64,000 nt of DNA from an uncultured delta proteobacterium. Lineage in GTDB: Bacteria > Desulfobacterota > Binatia > Binatales > Binataceae. The stretch is from contig CAWJET010000002.1 in NCBI GenBank assembly GCA_963842085.1, positions 544,001 through 608,000 on the forward strand. The letters run 5' to 3'. Positions 57,524 to 64,000 of the stretch are shown here, one piece after another; the first letter of the stretch is position 1, and each line of letters opens with the position of its first letter. The notes beneath the pieces were generated by a model. It was not told where the DNA came from. It worked only from the letters and a program-made list of their open reading frames with translations, and searched no databases. The position numbers and the translations under genes are program-made.

Positions 57524-58915
57524 ATGAGCTATCGCCGGCCGCTCGACGAAGGCGGCGCCGGACCAGCGCTGACGACCGAATCGTCGACGCCATCCGAGCT
57601 CACGCCGCCGCTCGGCATTTCGTGGCTCAATCGCGACCTGATCTGGCTGTTCGTGCTGCGTGTGCTGCGCAGCTTGTCGCAGGGCTACCTGGGGATCATC
57701 CTGCCGCTCTACCTGGTGGCCCTGGGCTACGGCGCCGAAGCGTTGGGCGTGTTGCTGGCAGTGTCAGCGGTGGAGGCGGCCGCCGTCTCAACCGTGATCG
57801 GAGTGCTGGCGGACCGCTTCGGGCGCAAACTGTTCCTGGTGGTAATATCGCTGCTGCTCGCGTTCGGCGCGTTCGGATTCAGCCTGGCGCACAGCTTCGT
57901 GTGGATCGTGGTATTCGCGGCGATTGGCTCGATCGGCCGCGGCGGAGCGCTGGCTGGCGGTGCATGGGGGCCGTTTTATCCCGCCGTGCAGGCGCTGGTG
58001 GCGGAGCACAGCTCGGACGAAAACCGGACCACCGTCTTCGGCGCCTTCTCATTCGTCGGCGTGATGGCCGGGGCGGCGGGTTCGGCGCTGGCGGCATTGC
58101 CGTCCCTGCTGCGGCATTTTACCGGGCTCGACGAGTTGATCGGTTACCGGATTTTGTTCGTGGCAACAGGCGTGCTCAACGTTGCGATGGCGCTGGCGGT
58201 CTTTCCGATCAACGAGAACCGCGCGCTCGAGCTTGAACTCGCCGATGAACTGGCGCGCCAACGGCAGCGCGAACGACGCGAACGCCCGCGCGAGGGCCTG
58301 ACGCTCGGGCTCTCGTCCAATTCATGGCGGCTGGTGACCCGCTTCATGATCACCAACGCGACCAACGGGCTCGCGATCGGGATGCTCGGGCCGATCGTGG
58401 TGTACTGGTTCTACCGCCGCTTCGGAGTGAATTCGGCGCAGTTGGCCGGGGTGTTCTTCGCGATGAACCTGGTTACCGCGATCCCCTACCTGATGGCGGG
58501 ACGGCTCGCGCTGTGGCTGGGTTCGGTGCGCTCGGTGGTTGCCACGCGCGCCGTCTCAAGCGTGCTGATGTTCGCGGTCGTGGTGATGCCGACCTTCGGT
58601 CTGGCAGCGCTGGTCTACGGCATCCGCGCCGTATTCAACGTGCTTTCGATCCCGGTGCGGCAATCCTACCTGATGGGTGTGATCGACCCGGCCGAGCGTT
58701 CGAGCGCATCAGGCTTTGCCAACTTCCCATCGCAAGTCACTTCGGCGTTGGGACCATACATGGCCGGCTACTTCATGGAGCATCTGATGCTATCGCTGCC
58801 GCTGGAGTTCGCGGCCGTGATGCAGGGTCTGAACACCGTGCTCTATTACCTGTTCTTTCGGAACGTCTTCCCGCCAGAGGAATTGGACGCCGCGGAAGCC
58901 CGCAAGAAAGAGTAG
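57524..58915 (+). CDS. MFS transporter
   Basis: GVLADRFGRK motif A; about 12 TM segments; RQSYLMGV..ER. Confidence 0.93.
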   Translation: MSYRRPLDEGGAGPALTTESSTPSELTPPLGISWLNRDLIWLFVLRVLRSLSQGYLGIILPLYLVALGYGAEALGVLLAVSAVEAAAVSTVIGVLADRFGRKLFLVVISLLLAFGAFGFSLAHSFVWIVVFAAIGSIGRGGALAGGAWGPFYPAVQALVAEHSSDENRTTVFGAFSFVGVMAGAAGSALAALPSLLRHFTGLDELIGYRILFVATGVLNVAMALAVFPINENRALELELADELARQRQRERRERPREGLTLGLSSNSWRLVTRFMITNATNGLAIGMLGPIVVYWFYRRFGVNSAQLAGVFFAMNLVTAIPYLMAGRLALWLGSVRSVVATRAVSSVLMFAVVVMPTFGLAALVYGIRAVFNVLSIPVRQSYLMGVIDPAERSSASGFANFPSQVTSALGPYMAGYFMEHLMLSLPLEFAAVMQGLNTVLYYLFFRNVFPPEELDAAEARKKE

Positions 58916-58950
58916 GCGCAGAGGTCCCGCCCGGATCTTTTCTGTCTCGT

Positions 58951-59007
58951 CTCCCGGCGAGGGAGAGAATAAGGTGAGGGTCGCGCGTTTTTCGCGCGCG
59001 ATTCAAG
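58951..59007. repeat. REP-like repeat family 2 copy
   Basis: Reverse complement aligns with 7748-7815; lies between convergent genes. Confidence 0.7.
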
Positions 59008-59091
59008 ATTCCCCCCCCGCTCCCAAATTGCCGCGCGGTCAGGGAGAGTATTGCTACACCTGTAGTGCTCCAGGGATGGCCCGGGAAATCG

Positions 59092-59589
59092 TCACGGTGA
59101 ATTCGCCGCGCGGCTTGCGCGAAGCTTCTCGACTTCCTCGACCGACACGTCGCGCTTGTGAGTCGCGATCATCCAGATATGCCCAAAGGGATCTGTCAAC
59201 GAACCAATCCTGTCGCCCCATTCCTTGTCCGCCACCGGCTCCATCGCTTTCGCGCCCGCCGCGATCGCGCGTTTGAACACGGCGTCCGAGTCCTCGACGT
59301 AAACATAAAAGTGCACCGGCGTGCCGCCCAGCGATTGCGGGCTGCGCGACCAGCCCTTCGCCACCCACTCTGCCGCGTGCTTCGAGCTGTCGTCCGATAA
59401 CCTTACGATCGAATCGCCGATCTTCAGCACAGCGTGAGTAACCTTACCGTCCGGCTCCGCTATCCGCTCCAGCTCGGTCGCGCCGAACACCTTGCGATAG
59501 AACTCGACCGCTCGCCCCGCGTTCTTGACACACAGGAACGGAGTTACGCTATGCCAACCGTCGGGAACCGCCTTCACCTTGCTCGCCAT
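59092..59589 (-). CDS. VOC family (PhnB-like) protein
   Basis: VPDGWHSVTPFL, HAVLKIGDS and WGDRIGSLTDPFGHIW motifs. Confidence 0.93.
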   Translation of the reverse strand: MASKVKAVPDGWHSVTPFLCVKNAGRAVEFYRKVFGATELERIAEPDGKVTHAVLKIGDSIVRLSDDSSKHAAEWVAKGWSRSPQSLGGTPVHFYVYVEDSDAVFKRAIAAGAKAMEPVADKEWGDRIGSLTDPFGHIWMIATHKRDVSVEEVEKLRASRAANSP

Positions 59590-59607
59590 AATTTTTCTCC
59601 GCGTTGC

Positions 59608-61170
59608 CTATTTTTGATTCTTCGTGGGCAGATCTTTTATCGGCGTCCCCACCCACCACACGTGACCGTACGGATCTTCGATACCTGCCGTCCGGTCGCC
59701 CCAGTCGCGGTTCTCCGCCAAGTCGATGACTTTCGCGCCAGCCTCGATCGCGCGCCTGAACACCTCGTCCACATCCGCAACGTAAATATACAGATGTACC
59801 GGCGAACCGCCGTACGAGCGCGGCGTGCGCGACAACCCATGGGTGTCATTCTGCCGCACATCCGCCGACGTGGGATCCGAAAGCATAACGGTAGTGTCGC
59901 CCATCCTGAGCATCGCATGGCTGACGACTCCGCCCGGCTCCTCCTCGCGCATCAACACGTTGGCGCCAAACACGTTCCTGTAGAATTCCACCGCGCTCGC
60001 CGCGCCCTCGATATACAGGAACGGCATGATGCTGCGTGAAACGCCGGCGCCTGCTGCATGTGGTGCCGTTGCGCCGGCGACAACGACGCGAGGATCGTCC
60101 GCGAACGAGACCTCGCTCGTCTCGATTGGCGTCCCATAGAGCATCGACACCGATTTCGCCGCGCGCTGGCGATGCCACAATCCTTGCGGACACACGAACA
60201 CCTCGCCCGCGCGCAATTTCCTGCTCACCGGCCCCTCGTCCGTCAGCACCGTCACCTCGACCTCGCCGTCAAGCGCCAGCAGCAACTCATCGCCGTCGGG
60301 ATGCCGCTCCCAGGGCGTCAGCCCCGTGTAGCTCATCACGCCCAGCGTCAGCTTCCCGATCTTCGCGACATTGTTCACGGCAGCGTCAGCGTCGTCGCCG
60401 GTCGTCTTGTCGGTGATCGTCAGGTGCGGCACCTCGCGCAGCGCCGCCCGCAGATCGCGCTCCACCAGCTGCGCGTCGCCTCGACCGCGCGAGTCTTTAC
60501 GTCCACGCCCCGCCTTCTTGGGAGTGCGCTCACTTTTGGGCCGAGGGTCTTTCGCGTCCGAGCCCTCGGTACGGCTAGGAGTCAGGTAGAACGCCGACAC
60601 GGACGGCCGCGGCGTCAGCCGATGCCACAATCCCTCCGGGCAGACAAACAACGACCCCGCGTGAATCTTCGACTTCACCGGCCCGTCATCGGTCAGGGTG
60701 ACGATCTCGGTCTCCCCGTCCATCACGTAGATCATCTCGTCGGACCCGAGATGGCGCTCCCAATGCGTCCGCCGGGTGCCGCGCGACACGACCAGAAGGT
60801 GGTCGTTCATCGAGTCGAGGAATCGCATCGACATGTCGGGCAAATCGCTCAGCGCCGCGCGCACGTCATGCACGATGAACTTCGGCTGCTCGGCCAGCTC
60901 CTCGAGCCGCTCTTCTATATCCGCAGGAGTGATCAGCGGCTTGCCGACCGCGGTGCCGCCAACTGCGGTTGATCCAAGTTCCTTCGATTGCGCAACCAGC
61001 TCCGCCTTGAGGCGGCTTTTGAAATCGGCGCGCGGCAAATCGCGCAACTCGCCCGCGATCCGCAAAATCGCCGACAGCCGCGCATCTGATGTAGGCAGCG
61101 GTGCATCCGGCTTGGCCGCAAGAGCCTCCACCGCATGGTCCAGTTGTTCGATTAGTTTCCCCTTAGCCAT
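59608..61170 (-). CDS. Putative anti-sigma N-domain + two cupins + VOC fusion protein
   Basis: Helical N-terminus (LRDLPRADFKSRLKAEL); two WERH..DE..G..WHR cupins; PhnB-like VOC; 8-nt overlap with the sigma gene. Confidence 0.85.
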   Translation of the reverse strand: MAKGKLIEQLDHAVEALAAKPDAPLPTSDARLSAILRIAGELRDLPRADFKSRLKAELVAQSKELGSTAVGGTAVGKPLITPADIEERLEELAEQPKFIVHDVRAALSDLPDMSMRFLDSMNDHLLVVSRGTRRTHWERHLGSDEMIYVMDGETEIVTLTDDGPVKSKIHAGSLFVCPEGLWHRLTPRPSVSAFYLTPSRTEGSDAKDPRPKSERTPKKAGRGRKDSRGRGDAQLVERDLRAALREVPHLTITDKTTGDDADAAVNNVAKIGKLTLGVMSYTGLTPWERHPDGDELLLALDGEVEVTVLTDEGPVSRKLRAGEVFVCPQGLWHRQRAAKSVSMLYGTPIETSEVSFADDPRVVVAGATAPHAAGAGVSRSIMPFLYIEGAASAVEFYRNVFGANVLMREEEPGGVVSHAMLRMGDTTVMLSDPTSADVRQNDTHGLSRTPRSYGGSPVHLYIYVADVDEVFRRAIEAGAKVIDLAENRDWGDRTAGIEDPYGHVWWVGTPIKDLPTKNQK

Positions 61171-61840
61171 TCGTATCACCCAACCGCACCCGCAAGTTCT
61201 GCATGGCGCGGAATTGAAGCTGCTTGATACTGCCCTCCGTGCGTCCGAGCGCGGCCGCGATTTCCCGAATCGATTTATCCTCCGCGAACCGCATCGCGAT
61301 CACCCGCGATTGATCCCGCGGCAACCCCTCGACCAGCTTGAACAACCGCGCCCGCCGCTCAGCTTCCTCGAAGCTGGCCGTGACCCCGGCATCGTCATCT
61401 CTCTCCTGAAAGACGCCCTCGCGCTCATGCGTGCGGCGCTTGGCGATGCTTTTCGATCGATCGGCTATTTCATTCGATGCGATCCTGAACAGCCAGGCCG
61501 CAAAAGGCACGCCCCGCCATTCAAATCGCGGCAAATTTTTCAGTGCGAGATGAAAAACATCGGCGGTCAGATCCTGCGCCTCGTCGCGATCCCGCACCCG
61601 CCGCGCAACAAAAGCATAAACCCGCTCGAAATTGGCCTCGTACAAATCAGCAAACCGGTTACGATCCCGCTGCGCCGCCTCGACAAGCGTCCGCTCGGCC
61701 ATCTCGCCGCTGTCGGCGTCGGCCCCAACCTTGGATACCGCCCGCGCCTTCAATCCGCCCTCCTCGCTGTCGCGAGCGCTGCTGTGAAGATGTTCGCGTG
61801 CAGCTTTGCGCGCAGGCAGTGATGCAGCCCGTCCAGACAC
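61163..61840 (-). CDS. ECF RNA polymerase sigma factor
   Basis: Region 2 (AQDLTADVF..FAAWLFRIASN) and region 4 (SIREIAAALGRTEGSIKQLQFRA); AGAGG RBS before GTG. Confidence 0.95.
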   Translation of the reverse strand: MSGRAASLPARKAAREHLHSSARDSEEGGLKARAVSKVGADADSGEMAERTLVEAAQRDRNRFADLYEANFERVYAFVARRVRDRDEAQDLTADVFHLALKNLPRFEWRGVPFAAWLFRIASNEIADRSKSIAKRRTHEREGVFQERDDDAGVTASFEEAERRARLFKLVEGLPRDQSRVIAMRFAEDKSIREIAAALGRTEGSIKQLQFRAMQNLRVRLGDTNG

Positions 61841-61859
61841 ATCGGCCTCTATTTATAAG

Positions 61860-61886
61860 AACCCGCAACGTTCCGAAAAGGTTACG
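61860..61886 (-). promoter_or_regulatory. Candidate ECF autoregulatory promoter
   Basis: CGTAAC-N16-GGGTT on the minus strand, ending 19 nt before the sigma start codon. Confidence 0.5.
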
Positions 61887-62061
61887 CTCTCGCACGTCGC
61901 GAGGACTGCTCACTATCCGCCGCATTTACCCCATCCCAGCTCGCCCGGGCTCGGCGTCGACACCGGTCTATTAGGCAGGCCAAATCCAACACCGGTTCAA
62001 GACCGATGCAATCCAATTGCTGCGTTGCCAACGCGGACCTGCCGACCTACGATCGTTCTCG

Positions 62062-62583
62062 ATGCTTGTCGATGCGCTCCTGTTCGCGGCCGGGCTGTTC
62101 GCGTGGACGCTGGTCGAGTACGTCATCCATGGCGTGCTCGGCCATGCGCATCGCACCTTCGTGACGCCGCTGCATGACGTGCATCATCGCGACCCGCGCG
62201 CGGTGTTTGCGCTCGGCGCGTGGATTCCGGTGGCGCTCGTACTGGTTGGCGCGCTCGTCTCGTTTGGTTTGGCGCCTGCGGTGATCCTCTATTGCGGAGT
62301 CGTGGCTGGCTTCGCCGCGTATGAGTTCGTGCATTACCGGATTCATTTCGCCAATCCGTCGTGCGCGGTCGAGGCGCGGTTGCGGGCGCGCCATCTCGCG
62401 CATCATACCAGGGAGCCGGACGCCATTTTCGGGGTGACGACACGACTCTGGGACGTGATGTTCGGCAGCGAGCCGGGGCCGGAGCGGATGCGCGAGCTGG
62501 CGGCGGCGGGCGCGCGACTCGCGCCGCTTGCGGGTTCGACCAATCTTGGCCGGGTGATCCGCAGTCGCATCGCTGCATCGTGA
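62062..62583 (+). CDS. Fatty acid hydroxylase / sterol desaturase family protein
   Basis: His boxes EYVIH..GH, HDVHH, EFVHYRIH and HLAHH; FGVTTRLWD. Confidence 0.9.
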   Translation: MLVDALLFAAGLFAWTLVEYVIHGVLGHAHRTFVTPLHDVHHRDPRAVFALGAWIPVALVLVGALVSFGLAPAVILYCGVVAGFAAYEFVHYRIHFANPSCAVEARLRARHLAHHTREPDAIFGVTTRLWDVMFGSEPGPERMRELAAAGARLAPLAGSTNLGRVIRSRIAAS

Positions 62584-62605
62584 TTCCCGCGAACCATGTT
62601 GACTC

Positions 62606-62624
62606 ATAGCTCAAGTCGAGCTAT
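62606..62624. promoter_or_regulatory. Candidate PadR operator
   Basis: ATAGCTC-N5-GAGCTAT directly after a TTGACT -35-like hexamer (62599-62604). Confidence 0.55.
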
Positions 62625-62751
62625 TGGCTCGATAGGTATGCTTGAGGTGCCGACAGTATCAGAACTTAACGGAACGCGAAGCTATCGCCCCGGCGCGCAG
62701 TTGTTTCCGGCCAGGTCGGCATTTTTGGAATTCAACAAGACGCCGCCGCGG

Positions 62752-63330
62752 ATGGACGTCAAGTTCCCGATCCTGGGGTTCCTGATGGAGGCGGAGGCTA
62801 CCGGCTACGACCTGAAGCAGCGGTTCCAGGACCCGGTCGGATTTTTCTACCGGGTCAGCGACGGCTCGATTTATCCGGCTCTCAAGAAGCTCGCGGGCGA
62901 CGGGCTGGTCAAGCTGCGGACGGAGCGCCGCGGCCGGCGCGCGCGGAAGATTTATGCGATCACGCCGCGCGGGCGCGCCTATTTTATGCGGATGCTGCGC
63001 GAGCCCGCGCAGCCGCTGTTCGTGTTCGACGAGTCGCAGGTGAAGATCTATTTCGCCGACCGCGAGCCGGAAATCGCGCTCGAGCATATGGAGCGCTCGC
63101 GCCGCGACGATGAAGCGCGCACCGCGATCCTGGCCGCGATGGTGGCCGAGATGCGCCGCGCCGGCGCGAGCCCGGTGCGAACCGCGGTGATCGAGCTCGG
63201 GCGCGCGATCACGGAGGCCAAGGCGCGCGCGCTGGCAAGGCTTTGCTCGCAACTGAGGCGTGAAATACAAATGAAACGACGCGCTACATCGCGGCTCAAA
63301 CAATCCCGCTTTGCCGCGGCGGGGAAGTGA
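62752..63330 (+). CDS. PadR family transcriptional regulator
   Basis: [32 protein letters not shown]; start MDVKFP. Confidence 0.93.
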   Translation: MDVKFPILGFLMEAEATGYDLKQRFQDPVGFFYRVSDGSIYPALKKLAGDGLVKLRTERRGRRARKIYAITPRGRAYFMRMLREPAQPLFVFDESQVKIYFADREPEIALEHMERSRRDDEARTAILAAMVAEMRRAGASPVRTAVIELGRAITEAKARALARLCSQLRREIQMKRRATSRLKQSRFAAAGK

Positions 63331-63361
63331 CCCGAGATCGGGTCCAAAGGGCAGGACGGTC

Positions 63362-64000
63362 ATGGATGAAAAGTTCGCAATCGATCTCGAACATGTGACC
63401 CGAATCTATAAGCGCGACGAGTTCGAGGTCCGCGCGCTCGACGATGTCACGGTGCAGATCCCGGCCGGACGCTTCGTGGCGATCATGGGGCCGTCGGGCT
63501 CGGGCAAGACCACGATGCTCAACCTGATCGCGGGAATCGATCACGCAACCACCGGCCGCGTGGCGGTCGGCGGCGAGGAAATCACCGGGATGAAGGAGCG
63601 CGAACTGGCGGGCTGGCGCGCACGCCACATCGGGCTGGTGTTCCAGTTCTACAACCTGATCCCGGTGCTGACGGCGTTCGAGAACGTCGAGTTGCCGCTG
63701 CTGCTCACGAGTCTCAGCAAGGCCGAGCGCCGCGAGCATGTCGAGACGGCACTCAGGGTAGTGGGTCTGGCGGACAGGATGGACCACTATCCGCGCCAGT
63801 TGTCGGGCGGGCAGGAGCAGCGGGTTGCGATTGCGCGCGCCATCGTGGCCGATCCGACCATCATTGTTGCCGACGAGCCGACCGGAGATCTCGATGCGAA
63901 GTCGGCTGAGGAAATTTTGGGCTTGCTGGTCGATATGAATCGGCAGTTTCAGAAGACGATCGTTATGGTCACGCACGACCCGCGCGCCGAGCGATATGTC
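63362..64000 (+). CDS. LolD/MacB-type ABC ATP-binding protein (3' end runs off the window)
   Basis: Manual translation: [55 protein letters not shown]. Confidence 0.95.
   Translation, partial: MDEKFAIDLEHVTRIYKRDEFEVRALDDVTVQIPAGRFVAIMGPSGSGKTTMLNLIAGIDHATTGRVAVGGEEITGMKERELAGWRARHIGLVFQFYNLIPVLTAFENVELPLLLTSLSKAERREHVETALRVVGLADRMDHYPRQLSGGQEQRVAIARAIVADPTIIVADEPTGDLDAKSAEEILGLLVDMNRQFQKTIVMVTHDPRAERYV

Noticed and set aside
1-64000. tRNA, rRNA, prophage, integrase or IS transposase
   Set aside because: None recognised by eye; small structured RNAs cannot be excluded without a covariance-model search

Overview
High-GC bacterial chromosomal segment of about 55 genes. It has no rRNA, tRNA, CRISPR array, integrase or transposase. 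The gene content (4 crotonases, 2 family III CoA-transferases, 2 luciferase-like monooxygenases, a zinc-ribbon/cyclase/AAA/TPR protein, Deltaproteobacteria-type gspE-N) suggests Candidatus Binatia or a relative; this is inference only. Housekeeping genes include rpiA, folE, metF-like, type II thrB, hisI, hisG, two bcp and degP/Q. A near-perfect parS site lies at 758-773. Other blocks are a T2SS gspEFGHIJKLMN cluster lacking C/D/O, a heterodimeric ABC exporter followed by the ATP-grasp/alpha-E/transglutaminase triad, a TetR/diiron protein/PaaG-like crotonase operon, and an ECF sigma factor coupled to a putative anti-sigma fused to cupin-cupin-VOC domains. Three families of intergenic palindromic repeats occur. 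The strongest novelty candidate is a four-gene phospho-signalling cluster at 40683-44587. Its Hanks-type kinase lacks the beta-3 catalytic lysine (CALAEM) but has a lysine in the Gly-rich loop (GGGGMKLVY), the arrangement that defines eukaryotic WNK kinases. It converges on a CLC protein with a rewired anion-binding site. All calls come from reading motifs by eye; no database searches were run.
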